Below, piece by piece: positions 40,307-49,149 of a stretch of DNA of 64,000 nt; position 1 is the stretch's first letter, and each line of letters starts with the position of its first letter. A model generated the notes under the pieces. That model had not been told where the DNA came from. It did not search any database and worked only from the letters and a program-made list of their open reading frames with translations. Origin of the DNA: an uncultured Chloroflexia bacterium (GTDB taxonomy: Bacteria; Chloroflexota; Limnocylindria; Limnocylindrales; CSP1-4); assembly GCA_963810725.1 (NCBI GenBank), contig CAWEOO010000003.1, positions 135,314 to 199,313 on the forward strand, given 5' to 3'. Both the position numbers and the translations under genes were made by a program.

Positions 40307-40906
40307 TCAGGAAGTCAACTGACAGGCCTCATTCCAGGTCTCGATGGCGCGGTTCGTGCGCTCCCAGCCCAGGATCCCGATCGTGGCCGTCCCGAGGGCG
40401 AAATGGCGGCCCGCGTCTGCCGGCAGGTGGATCCAGCGCGCAGCCATGACTCGCAACAGGTGCCCGTGCGCGAACAACAGCACATCGCCATCCCCGCCCG
40501 GGTCGAGGCAACGCTCGATCACGCGGTCAGCCCGCACCCCGACCTGTTCGACCGTTTCGCCGCCGCGCCAGGGCCCGGTCCAGACACTCCAGTCCGGGAT
40601 CTCTTCGCGGATGTCGGCCGTCGTCCGACCCTCGAACGCGCCGTAGTCCCATTCGCCAAGGTCGGGCTCGATGACGGCGTCCGCGAACCCGGCCAGACGG
40701 GCCGTCTCGGCGGCCCGCGAACGCGGGCTCGTGAGGACGAGCGGGAACCGGTGGCCGGCGAGGCGGTGGGCGAGGGCCCCGGCTTGTTGCCGCCCGATGT
40801 CGGTGAGGGGGATGTCGGTGCGACCGGTGTGACGCCCGGACTTCGACCACTCGGTCTCGCCGTGGCGGACCAGCCAGATCTGGCGTTCCGGGGCCCCATC
40901 GCTCAC
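40307..40906 (-). CDS. Histidine phosphatase superfamily protein, phosphoglycerate-mutase-like.
   Basis: The protein reads IWLVRHGETEWSKSGRHTGRTDIPLTDIG...FAHGH, with an RHG catalytic motif. Its GTG start overlaps the LemA stop as GTGA. Confidence 0.8.
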   Translation of the reverse strand: MSDGAPERQIWLVRHGETEWSKSGRHTGRTDIPLTDIGRQQAGALAHRLAGHRFPLVLTSPRSRAAETARLAGFADAVIEPDLGEWDYGAFEGRTTADIREEIPDWSVWTGPWRGGETVEQVGVRADRVIERCLDPGGDGDVLLFAHGHLLRVMAARWIHLPADAGRHFALGTATIGILGWERTNRAIETWNEACQLTS

Positions 40907-41469
40907 AGCGAGGCCTCCGGACGGACGCTTTCCTGGGGTGTGGCGGCAAAGAACTCGCGCGGGGTCCACCCGAAGACCCAGGCGAGCGGCAGCGTCGGGA
41001 TCGTCGAGATCCTCGTGTTGTAGCGATAAACCTGGTCGTTGTAGAGCTCCCGACGGTCGGCGATCATCGCCTCGAGTCGCTCGATCTCGTCCTGGAGGTC
41101 GAGGACGTTCTGCTGGGACTTCACCGCGGGATACGCCTCGACGACCGCGAACAGCGAGCGGACGGCGGCCGAGGTCGCCTCGGCGTGGAGGGCCTGGGTC
41201 GGGATCGGCTCGGTCGGGGAGTATGCCGCCCGGGCTCGGGTCACCTCGGTCAGGACTTCCTGTTCGAAGGCCATCGCTCCGCGGACGGCGGCGACGAGCG
41301 CCGGCAGTTGATCGTGCCGCTGCTTGAGCGCGACATCGATGTTGGACCAGGCCTTGTCGATGCGCTGCCGTAGTGCCATGACAGCGTTGTAGCTTGCTAC
41401 CACGATGAAGAGGAGGATGGCGAGCAGCAGCCCGACCGCGAACGCAGCCGCCAAGTTTTCCGGCGTCAT
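40903..41469 (-). CDS. lemA: LemA family membrane protein.
   Basis: It has an N-terminal transmembrane helix and LemA signature blocks (VASYNAVMALRQRIDKAWSNIDVALKQRHDQLP...YNTRI). Confidence 0.85.
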   Translation of the reverse strand: MTPENLAAAFAVGLLLAILLFIVVASYNAVMALRQRIDKAWSNIDVALKQRHDQLPALVAAVRGAMAFEQEVLTEVTRARAAYSPTEPIPTQALHAEATSAAVRSLFAVVEAYPAVKSQQNVLDLQDEIERLEAMIADRRELYNDQVYRYNTRISTIPTLPLAWVFGWTPREFFAATPQESVRPEASL

Positions 41470-42560
41470 GACCCGAATCCGCCGCTCAGCACGAGGGCAA
41501 GCCCAAGCGCGGATCCGATGGCCAACACGGCTCCGAGCAATCCGATGACGAACAAGTCCTGGTTCCGATCGGCCGCCACCCCGGGCAGCCCGTGGGCGAT
41601 GAGCAGAGGCACGTCAGGCGCGCTGGCGAGGACCAAGGTGTGGGGCCCGATCGTGAAGCGCCGCTCGATGCGCGCGGCGTCCTCGGCGCTGCCCATGGGG
41701 AGGGCATCGGCATCGGCGTCCAGCTCGGGCGGTCGCACGGGCCGCCCGATGCCGAACCCCGGGATCGCCGCGTTGCCCCAGGCCTCCTCTGGATCGTCCG
41801 CGAGGAGTCCGGCCGCGCGAGCCTCGGCGAGATCGGCCGCGACCTCCGGGTCGTCGGTGGCCAGACCAGAGCCGCTGGCCGCGTCGGCCTCCGTCGGATC
41901 CGCGAGATCCGAGAACGGGACGGCCCGGCCGATGACCGTGACCACGTCGCCCGGGGCCAGACGTGCCTCGCGAAAGCGCCGCCGCCGCCGCGCCGCGCCG
42001 CCGGCGAACCCGCCGAGCAGGGAGCCGTCACCCAGGTCGTCGTCTGCCATACCCGCCGCTGGTCGCACCGTCAACAGGGCCGCGATCGCGGCCTCGCGGT
42101 CGATCTCGGCCGGCGCCACGGCACTGCCCGTCCGCATCGACAATCCGGCCGGTTCCTCGCCGAACGTGCCGGTCCCATCGTCGAAGCGGACCGGCGCGTC
42201 CCAGCGAGCCCCGCGCGGGAACACCCGCACGTCACCCGACTCGTCGACGACCCGGAACCCGACTGCCCGCTCCTCCACGACGTCGTCCGGGTCGCCGATA
42301 TCGTCGTCGCCGCTCTCGATCGTCGAGCGGTAGTACACGCACGGCGCGCTCTGCAGGGGCGAGATCAGCAAGACCTCCGCCGTCTCGATCCGGCCGCTCA
42401 CCCGGACCTCACCGGCGGCCAACGTCGCGATCCGCGACGTGCCGGTATCGCTGATGCGGACGGCCGTCCGGTAACCACCCATCCCGCGGGCGAGCAGCCA
42501 CAGACCCGCGAGGACCCCCGCGCTGAGCAACGCCGCGAACTGGACCTCCGACCCCTCCAT
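41466..42560 (-). CDS. Two-transmembrane membrane protein with a large acidic domain between the helices, possibly GIDE-like.
   Basis: It has N- and C-terminal transmembrane helices. Its stop overlaps the LemA start. The GIDE-like assignment rests on the LemA neighbourhood and the topology, not on sequence motifs. Confidence 0.5.
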   Translation of the reverse strand: MEGSEVQFAALLSAGVLAGLWLLARGMGGYRTAVRISDTGTSRIATLAAGEVRVSGRIETAEVLLISPLQSAPCVYYRSTIESGDDDIGDPDDVVEERAVGFRVVDESGDVRVFPRGARWDAPVRFDDGTGTFGEEPAGLSMRTGSAVAPAEIDREAAIAALLTVRPAAGMADDDLGDGSLLGGFAGGAARRRRRFREARLAPGDVVTVIGRAVPFSDLADPTEADAASGSGLATDDPEVAADLAEARAAGLLADDPEEAWGNAAIPGFGIGRPVRPPELDADADALPMGSAEDAARIERRFTIGPHTLVLASAPDVPLLIAHGLPGVAADRNQDLFVIGLLGAVLAIGSALGLALVLSGGFGS

Positions 42561-42592
42561 ACAGGCATCCTACGGAACCGGTCGGCGCCGGG

Positions 42593-42769
42593 TCAGGTCG
42601 TTGGGCGTCCGGGCCGGATCGACAGGACCAGGAGCGTCACCCCGAGGACGACGGACGCGATCGGCCACAGCCGCCCGAAGTCGAACCCGGGAATCGCCTC
42701 GCGAGCCAGGAACAGCCCCCCGATGACGATCAGCACCAGCCCCGCGGCGATCGGTCCGCGCCCGGTCAC
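42593..42769 (-). CDS. Small two-transmembrane membrane protein of about 58 aa.
   Basis: Its GTG start overlaps the upstream stop as GTGA. The protein reads GLVLIVIGGLFLA...VVLGVTLLVLSI. Confidence 0.45.
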   Translation of the reverse strand: MTGRGPIAAGLVLIVIGGLFLAREAIPGFDFGRLWPIASVVLGVTLLVLSIRPGRPTT

Positions 42770-43755
42770 GAGCAGCCCTCCTCGGGATCCAGGCGGAACG
42801 ATCCGACGTTCGCCTCGATCTGCAACTCGATCCGCGTCACGGCCGTGTCGTAGCCCGGGGTCTCCCACGTGTCGCCGACCTGGATCAGCCCGGCCGATCC
42901 GAAATCGTAAGAGGACAGGACGTTCTCGTCCGTATGCAGGCGCAGGGCCACGCCCGGCGGCGCGCACAGCTTGATGCTGCCCGCGTTCGCCTCGATCGTG
43001 CCGGAGGTGGACACGGACGGTAGATACAGCCCCAGCGAACCGGCGTTCAGGCTCGCCTCGATCCCGCCGACCTCCACGGCGTCACGCAGGATCACCGTGG
43101 CCTGGCCGGCGTTGAGCTCCACGTCGACGACGCCGAGTCGGGCCTCCTGCAGGTCGGCGACCAGCGAGCCGGCGTCGACACTCAGGAAGAGGTCGAGATG
43201 CGGCGCCGTCGGCAGGCTGACCTCCCAGCGATCGCGTTCGCCGACGAATCGCCCGATGTCGCCGTCGGGTGGCGCGATCGAGAGGGTCTGCCCGTCGGCC
43301 TCGATGCGTGGTCCCCCGCCGGTGTCATCGACGCCCTGGACCGTCCACGTCTGCCCGGGCGACATAGCGACGTCGACGGTGCCGCACGACACCTCGATGT
43401 TCGCCGAGGCGTCTCCTTCGAACGAGCCCGTGACCGGCCGGAACGGCGTCCCGCCGCTATCCGCGCCCGAGCCGCATACGCCCGATTGGAGGTCGCCGAT
43501 CCCGCCGAAGCCGTTCGTCAGGATGCCTGCAGCGAGCAGACCGAACGTACCCGACACGATCAGCCCGCCGACCAGCTCGAGCGGCGTCCGGGTGAAGATG
43601 AGGCCCAGCCCGATGCCGACCAGGATCAGCGGCCAGAACGACCACCAGCGATCGAGCACGGCCTGATCGAGCAGGCCCGTCTGGACCGCCAGGGGCAACC
43701 CGCCCGCGACGATGAAGAAGACGCCCCAGCCCGCAAGGTCCCGGTGGATCCGCAC
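42766..43755 (-). CDS. DUF4097-like membrane protein of the LiaF/putative-adhesin beta-helix type.
   Basis: It has an N-terminal two-transmembrane segment and a C-terminal repetitive beta-strand domain (..LNAGS..LNAGQ..ANAGS..). Confidence 0.55.
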   Translation of the reverse strand: MRIHRDLAGWGVFFIVAGGLPLAVQTGLLDQAVLDRWWSFWPLILVGIGLGLIFTRTPLELVGGLIVSGTFGLLAAGILTNGFGGIGDLQSGVCGSGADSGGTPFRPVTGSFEGDASANIEVSCGTVDVAMSPGQTWTVQGVDDTGGGPRIEADGQTLSIAPPDGDIGRFVGERDRWEVSLPTAPHLDLFLSVDAGSLVADLQEARLGVVDVELNAGQATVILRDAVEVGGIEASLNAGSLGLYLPSVSTSGTIEANAGSIKLCAPPGVALRLHTDENVLSSYDFGSAGLIQVGDTWETPGYDTAVTRIELQIEANVGSFRLDPEEGCS

Positions 43756-43868
43756 CGCCGCACGATACCGCGCCGACCCGCCGGGTGCCGGACGTGATCT
43801 TCGGACAACGGCCCTGTGCTAGCCTCGATGCTCCGTCCGGACCCAGCCGGTCGTACCGGGAGGACAGC

Positions 43869-44474
43869 ATGCGTCTGAGCGATTGGCGGACTCGAGCGCC
43901 TCACAAGGACGCGCTGACACTCAAGGTGCTGGCCGTCATCGATCCGGTCCTGGCGGCACTCGGTGCCGAGCCGGACCCGCGGACCTGGATCGTCTGGGGC
44001 GAGGATCCCGGGGTCCGCTACGTGATGCTCGTCCCCACCGACGCGGGCCTCCTGCAGGTGCTCGTTCGCGTCAACGCGCCGGGGGAAGGCCCTCGGGCGT
44101 CGGCCAAAGTGATCCGCTGGGCGCGGCTCCAGGTGGGCGAGCTCGGGTTGGAGATGGTGAGTGGCCATCGCCTGCTCGGCTTCCAGGTGGAGAGCCACAT
44201 CCTGCGTGGTACGGACGACGATGGCGACGCCCTGGCCTCGTTCGCGCTGGAGCTGTTCGCCCGGATCGACGGACGGCCGTTCACGCCTCGCGCCGTGAAG
44301 CGCGGTCGATCCGCCAAGGCCGGCGGCGGCTCGACCGCCGTGGCGAAGTCGGCAGCGCGCAAGCCCGCCGGCGCGTCGGGCAAGGCCGGGAGTTCGCCGG
44401 CCAAGGCCGACGGCGCATCTCGAAAACCCGGGGCGGCGCCGCCGCCGCCGGCCGCAGGACGGTCCGGCTCTTGA
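43869..44474 (+). CDS. Hypothetical protein with a C-terminal Lys/Ala-rich basic tail.
   Basis: It is an ORF with GC3 bias. The C-terminal tail reads AKSAARKPAGASGKAGSSPAKADGASRKPGAAPP, which resembles histone-like tails. Its stop overlaps the plsC start. Confidence 0.5.
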   Translation: MRLSDWRTRAPHKDALTLKVLAVIDPVLAALGAEPDPRTWIVWGEDPGVRYVMLVPTDAGLLQVLVRVNAPGEGPRASAKVIRWARLQVGELGLEMVSGHRLLGFQVESHILRGTDDDGDALASFALELFARIDGRPFTPRAVKRGRSAKAGGGSTAVAKSAARKPAGASGKAGSSPAKADGASRKPGAAPPPPAAGRSGS

Positions 44475-45265
44475 GCGCCGCGCCACGCCCGATCCCGGTC
44501 AAGCCGCCCCTGCACCCGTTCCGGCGGACCCTCCGCTACTGGATGTCCCGGCTCGCCGTGGGCGCCGTTTGCCGCGCCTGGCTGCAATTCGAGGAGGAGG
44601 GCTTCGATCGGCTCCCGGACGGACCCGCCATCTACTGCTTCAACCACCTGTCATGGTCCGATCCATTCGTATTGATGGGCACCCTCCCGATGCGGCCGCG
44701 ACTGTCGTTCTTCGGCCCCAAGGAGGAGGACATGGGCGTGGGCGGGCGGAACCGGCTCATGGCCTGGACGGGAACGTCCATCCCGTACAAGCCAGGCAAG
44801 AACGACCTGCTCGAAGCGACCCGCAAGGTCAGCGCGGTCATCGGCGCCGGTGGCGTCGTGGCGATCGCGGGGGAGGGGAGGATCGGCGCGATCGAGTCGG
44901 CCGTCCTGCCGCTCAATGAGGGGGCCGCGTACTTCGCCCTGCGATCACGCGTCCCGCTCGTCCCGATCGCCATCAACGGCACCAGCTGGCTGCGCTTTGG
45001 CGGCCGCGTCCGCGTTCGGGTCGGGGAGCCCATCGTCGGGTCCGGACGCCCCGACCGAGCGAACATCGCCGCGATGACCGCGGCGGCCCAGGCGTCGCTC
45101 GAGGCCCTCGTCGCGGACGCCCGGCAACCTGCCCGGAGCGGCCGTTCCGGAGCGTGGCTCTCGGAGCGCTTCAACGACTGGCCGGAGGGATCCCGCGAGG
45201 CCGCCCTGGCCGCCCAGACCGCCGACGCCAGCGAGCCGCAGACGCTCGCCACGGCCGGCGGTTAG
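44471..45265 (+). CDS. plsC: 1-acyl-sn-glycerol-3-phosphate acyltransferase of the PlsC/LPLAT family.
   Basis: It has the HxxxxD motif region (CFNHLSWSDPFVL) and the FFGPKEE and AGEGRI blocks. Confidence 0.8.
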   Translation: MSAAPRPIPVKPPLHPFRRTLRYWMSRLAVGAVCRAWLQFEEEGFDRLPDGPAIYCFNHLSWSDPFVLMGTLPMRPRLSFFGPKEEDMGVGGRNRLMAWTGTSIPYKPGKNDLLEATRKVSAVIGAGGVVAIAGEGRIGAIESAVLPLNEGAAYFALRSRVPLVPIAINGTSWLRFGGRVRVRVGEPIVGSGRPDRANIAAMTAAAQASLEALVADARQPARSGRSGAWLSERFNDWPEGSREAALAAQTADASEPQTLATAGG

Positions 45266-45314
45266 CCGGGCGCGTCTGGCATACTCCGCGCGCAGGATCC
45301 CCACAGGAGCGAGC

Positions 45315-45680
45315 GTGGCTTCGACCGGCCTATCCGCCGACCCCACCGAGTACCGAGCCCGTCTCGGCGAGCAGAGCGACGAGCAGATCGACCTCTGGGC
45401 GCAGGAGATGATGCGCGATGTCGCCAAGCGTCGCGGCGTACTGCGGGTGCTCGACGACCTGCGCCGGTCGGCCCGGCTCAGCGAGCGTGATATCGAACGG
45501 GTGTTCGCATCCGGCAACGGGCCGCCGGCCGTGATCGGGCGCGACGCTCAGGGCCGCCAGATGATGCCGGCGGTGACGCTCTTCGCACTCGTGCCGGGGA
45601 TCCGTGCCGACGCCCCCGACGCCCGTCAGCGCCTCATCGACTACCTGGTCGAGAACTTCCACGAGCTCGTCTACGTCTGA
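45315..45680 (+). CDS. Hypothetical protein of 121 aa.
   Basis: It is an ORF with GC3 bias. Confidence 0.45.
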   Translation: MASTGLSADPTEYRARLGEQSDEQIDLWAQEMMRDVAKRRGVLRVLDDLRRSARLSERDIERVFASGNGPPAVIGRDAQGRQMMPAVTLFALVPGIRADAPDARQRLIDYLVENFHELVYV

Positions 45681-46524
45681 CGGGTCACTCGGCCGCACCG
45701 CGGCCGCGGCCGTCGTCCGCCTGGTCCATCCCTTCCCTTCGCTCCTCGACGGGATCGTCGTCGCTACTGTCGCCACCGCCGCCGGGGCGGAGTCGGTCCG
45801 GGCGCTGGGCCTCGGCGTGTCGATGACCGCCCTCCAGGTCTCCATCGGAGCGCTCAACGACATCCAGGATGCCCCCGACGATGCCGGTCGCAAGCCCGGC
45901 AAGCCGATCCCGGCCGGGCTCGTGAGCGTGCCGGCGGCCTGGGCCGTCGTGGGCGGGGGAGCGCTGGTCGGCGTCGCGCTCGGGGCCGTGGTCGACATCC
46001 GGGTCGGGGCGCTCGCGCTCGCCGTGCTCCTCATCGGGTATGGCTACGACCTCGTGGCCAAGGGCACGGCCTGGTCGTGGCTCCCGTTTGCCGTCGGCAT
46101 CCCGCTGCTGCCCGTCTACGGCTGGCTCGGCGCGGCCGGAGACCTCCCGTCCTTCTTCCTCGTGCTCGTCCCGATGGCGGTCCTGGCCGGTGCCGCCCTC
46201 GCGATCGCCAATGCCCGGGCCGACCTGGAGCGGGATGTGGCGGCGGGCACGGCCTCGGTGGCGACCCGGCTCGGGCTCGAGGGATCGTGGCGAGCGCATG
46301 CCGCGCTGTGGTTGCTGACCCTGATCGTGGGCCTGGGCTGGCTCGCGTTCCGTGGAGTGGGACTCCTCCAGATCGCCCCGGTGGTCCCCGCCGCTGGCCT
46401 CATCGGGGCGGCCATCCTCTGGTCACGCGATCGCCGAGCGGCCGGTCGTGAGCGCGCGTGGCAGTTCGAGGCGGTCGGCGGCGGGCTGGCCCTGCTCGCG
46501 TGGCTGCCGGCCGCGCTCGGATGA
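45604..46524 (+). CDS. UbiA-family prenyltransferase-like integral membrane protein.
   Basis: It is a polytopic membrane protein of about 9 transmembrane helices. It has a conserved NDIQDAPDD-like block (ALNDIQDAPDDAGRKPGKPIPAG). Confidence 0.55.
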   Translation: MPTPPTPVSASSTTWSRTSTSSSTSDGSLGRTAAAAVVRLVHPFPSLLDGIVVATVATAAGAESVRALGLGVSMTALQVSIGALNDIQDAPDDAGRKPGKPIPAGLVSVPAAWAVVGGGALVGVALGAVVDIRVGALALAVLLIGYGYDLVAKGTAWSWLPFAVGIPLLPVYGWLGAAGDLPSFFLVLVPMAVLAGAALAIANARADLERDVAAGTASVATRLGLEGSWRAHAALWLLTLIVGLGWLAFRGVGLLQIAPVVPAAGLIGAAILWSRDRRAAGRERAWQFEAVGGGLALLAWLPAALG

Positions 46525-46667
46525 CGCCTCCGCGTGATGGCTCCGCCGCCGCGGCGACGGGTACCCGGCGGCCCTAACGCGGCACTTTCCGACTTCGTTA
46601 TCGTTGGTGCGCGGGGCGAGATCGAGTAGGGCCGGACGGCCCGCCCCGTGAACGGAGGTCCCCCATC

Positions 46668-47135
46668 GTGCATCGAATCACTCGCAACCTTCGCGGCCTG
46701 CTGGTCGCACTCGCCACGCTCGCGCTCTCGGCCGGCGTGGTGCTCGCAGCCAGGCCCGCTTCGGTGGCAGCGCCTGCGGCTGCCGCCGGGGACGGACTCA
46801 CGCGGGCGTCCGAGGCAGCGGGCAAGATCGTGCCCGTCGAGCCCGACGCCGCGGCCGTGCCCGAGGCCGACGAGGATGAGGAGGGCGACGACAGCGCCCC
46901 GGATGCCGACGAGGCAGGCGAGCGGCCGCAGAACCACGGCTGGTTCGTGTCGCAGGCCGCGACCGGGGCGACCCCAGCGAGCGCTGACAATCACGGCGCG
47001 TACGTCTCCGAGATCGCTCGCGGTGATGAGGGCAAGCCTGAGGCCGCAACGGCCGCCGACGAGCGCGGATCGGCGGCGTCGGAGGCCGCCAAGGCCCGCA
47101 AGGCCGACAAGGCCGCGAACGGCGGAAACGACTAG
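46668..47135 (+). CDS. Secreted hypothetical protein with an Ala/Glu-rich low-complexity region.
   Basis: The signal peptide is MHRITRNLRGLLVALATLALSAGVVLAA. It has a conserved-looking HGAYVSEIARG block. Confidence 0.55.
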   Translation: MHRITRNLRGLLVALATLALSAGVVLAARPASVAAPAAAAGDGLTRASEAAGKIVPVEPDAAAVPEADEDEEGDDSAPDADEAGERPQNHGWFVSQAATGATPASADNHGAYVSEIARGDEGKPEAATAADERGSAASEAAKARKADKAANGGND

Positions 47136-47166
47136 GGACACTCGAGGTCCTCGACCCCCAAGCGAC

Positions 47167-47192
47167 GAAGCCGGCGCCATGGCGCCGGCTTC
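47167..47192. terminator. Perfect 26-bp palindrome GAAGCCGGCGCCATGGCGCCGGCTTC between convergent genes, a candidate bidirectional terminator.
   Basis: It forms a 12-bp GC stem and is followed by GTTATGTCTG. It lies between the stop of the secreted protein at 47135 and the parB stop at 47216. Confidence 0.45.
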
Positions 47193-47215
47193 GTTATGTC
47201 TGCGTCGGTCGTCGG

Positions 47216-48286
47216 TCAGTCCCGGGTATCGCCCGTCCGGACGATGGCGATCGCGTTCTCGAGGCGGAGCTTCGCGATGGTCAGGTACTTCGCGAGGTTG
47301 GCCCGGTCGACCTCGGTGATCGAGGCGACGGCGTCCGGTGATCGGAGGACGCCGACGAGCAGGTCGAGCGCGTCGGCCAGGGAGTGCTTGGCGTTCACGA
47401 GCGAATCGTCGGTCAGCTCCGCGGCGGGTCGCGGTTCTGTCTCGGGGATGGCGGCGTCCTCGAGCTCGAATTCGCCATCGTCATGGGCGGCGTCATCGAT
47501 CCCGATGTCGTCCACGACGCGCGCCGGCCGAGAGCGGCGACCCTCGATCTTGTCGCGCAGCTTGATGAGCGTCAGCTCGCCGCGCGCGACCTGATCGGCC
47601 AGCCGGCGTCGCTTCTTCGGGTCGTCGACCTTCATCAGTTCGTAGGCGTGGGACAGGGTGTCTTTGCGCAAGGACACCAGCTCGCGAATCTCCGGTGGCG
47701 CGTCTGCCAGGCGAAGCCGGTTCTCGAGGTAGCCCTTGTCCTTGCCGAGCTTGTCGGCGAGCTTGCGGATGCTGTAGCCGTGCTCGCGGACCATCCGGTC
47801 GTACATCGCCGCCTCGTCGAGTGGCGAGATGTCCTCGCGCTGGAGGTTTTCGATGATCGAGATCTCGAGGGCCGTGTCGTCGTCGATCTCTTCGATCAGG
47901 GCGGGGATCGTCTCGAGGCCCGCCTGCTTCGAGGCCCGCCAGCGGCGCTCGCCGGCGACGAGCTGGTAGCGGTTCGGGCCCATGGGCCGAACGAGGATCG
48001 GCTGTAGCACGCCGTGCTCGCGGATGGAGGCGGTCAGCTCGTCGAGCGTCTCCTGGTTGAACGCGAGACGCGGCTGCTGCGGGTTGGAGTCGATGCGATC
48101 GACCGGGACGATCCGGACCCCGACGCTGCGCGTCGGTGAGTCGTTCGACAGCAGGCTGACGATGGCAGGGGAGAGCTCACGCTCCTCCGAAAGGCGACGG
48201 GCGGCCGTCGCCCGGAAATCAGGACGCGCCAAGTTCGACCACCTCCCGTGCGAGGTCGCGGTATGTTCGCGCGGCGTCGCTGCCAC
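47216..48286 (-). CDS. parB: Chromosome partitioning protein ParB/Spo0J. The true start may be internal, near 48220.
   Basis: It has ParB N-terminal and HTH domains ([10 protein letters not shown]...[25 protein letters not shown]). It contains one degenerate copy of the 16-bp palindrome. Confidence 0.85.
   Translation of the reverse strand: MAATPREHTATSHGRWSNLARPDFRATAARRLSEERELSPAIVSLLSNDSPTRSVGVRIVPVDRIDSNPQQPRLAFNQETLDELTASIREHGVLQPILVRPMGPNRYQLVAGERRWRASKQAGLETIPALIEEIDDDTALEISIIENLQREDISPLDEAAMYDRMVREHGYSIRKLADKLGKDKGYLENRLRLADAPPEIRELVSLRKDTLSHAYELMKVDDPKKRRRLADQVARGELTLIKLRDKIEGRRSRPARVVDDIGIDDAAHDDGEFELEDAAIPETEPRPAAELTDDSLVNAKHSLADALDLLVGVLRSPDAVASITEVDRANLAKYLTIAKLRLENAIAIVRTGDTRD
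47660..47675. repeat. GTCTTTGCGCAAGGAC, a 15/16 match to the 16-bp palindrome, inside parB.
   Basis: The flanking bases extend it to the 20-bp near-palindrome GTGTCTTTGCGCAAGGACAC. Confidence 0.5.
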
Positions 48287-49010
48287 CGGCGTAGGTCGTG
48301 ATCGGGCGTCCGACCAGCGGCGCCTCGCCGAGCTTCACGGTGTTTCGGACGATGCTGGTGAAGACGTGATGATCGCCGACCACGCGCAGCTCATCGAGCA
48401 TGTCGCGAGCGAGGTTGGTGCGGCCGTCGTAGAACGTGGGCAACAGCCCGAGGATGCGCAGGTCGCGGTTGAGCTTGAGCCGGATCGCGTTGATGACCTT
48501 GACGAGGTTGGTCAGGCCCTTCATCGCGTAGTACTGGGTCTGGACCGGGATGATCACGCCGTTGGCGGCCACGAGGCCATTGACGGTCAGCAGCCCGAGG
48601 TTCGGGGGACAGTCGATGAGGACGTAGTCGTAGTCGTCGGTCTGCCCGTCGATGGCGTCGCGCAGGATCTGCTCGCGCCCGAGAGCGGTGAACAGCTCCC
48701 CCTCGGTCGAGGCGAGGTCGATGTGCGCCGGAGCGACGTCGATGCCCGCGCTTTCGGTCGCGCGAATCACTTCGGCGAGCGTCGATCGTCCGTCGGCGAG
48801 CACGTCGGCCATCGAGCGTTCGACGGTATTGAGGTTGATCCCGAGTCCAGCCGTGAGGTTGGCCTGGGGGTCCATGTCGATGCAGAGGATGCGCAGGCCT
48901 TCCTCGGCGAGGGCCCCGGCGAGGTTGATCGCCGTCGTCGTCTTCCCGACGCCGCCCTTCTGGTTGGCGATCGCGATCACATTGGTCACCAGGACATCAC
49001 CTCGAATCAT
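48219..49010 (-). CDS. parA: ParA/Soj partitioning ATPase.
   Basis: It has a deviant Walker A motif ([18 protein letters not shown]). Confidence 0.9.
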   Translation of the reverse strand: MIRGDVLVTNVIAIANQKGGVGKTTTAINLAGALAEEGLRILCIDMDPQANLTAGLGINLNTVERSMADVLADGRSTLAEVIRATESAGIDVAPAHIDLASTEGELFTALGREQILRDAIDGQTDDYDYVLIDCPPNLGLLTVNGLVAANGVIIPVQTQYYAMKGLTNLVKVINAIRLKLNRDLRILGLLPTFYDGRTNLARDMLDELRVVGDHHVFTSIVRNTVKLGEAPLVGRPITTYAGGSDAARTYRDLAREVVELGAS

Positions 49011-49096
49011 CGACCGGGCTCGGCGTGCCGTGCAGAGCGGCTGGGGGCGGGGATGTGGTCATGCTACCGCAGCCCACCCGCTTGCGGACAGGCTGG

Positions 49097-49139
49097 TTAT
49101 CCACACGGATCGAGAGTTGTTCACCATTTCGGTGGATAA
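49097..49139. promoter_or_regulatory. Inverted pair of DnaA-box-like sites in the parA/pccB divergent intergenic region.
   Basis: TTATCCACA lies at about 49097-49105 and its inverse, GGTGGATAA (TTATCCACC on the other strand), at about 49131-49139. The segment between them is of relatively low GC. Confidence 0.35.
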
Positions 49140-49149
49140 CTGGGACCGT

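Noticed and set aside
46632-46646. Short hairpin GGGCC-GGACG-GCCC upstream of the secreted-protein gene
   Set aside because: The 5-bp stem is too weak, and in this GC content it has no distinguishing context. I did not call it a terminator or attenuator.
47216-49010. Canonical parS (TGTTTCACGTGAAACA-like) near parAB
   Set aside because: I could not find a match to the canonical sequence by eye in or around parAB. The GTCTTTGCGCAAAGAC palindrome was recorded instead.
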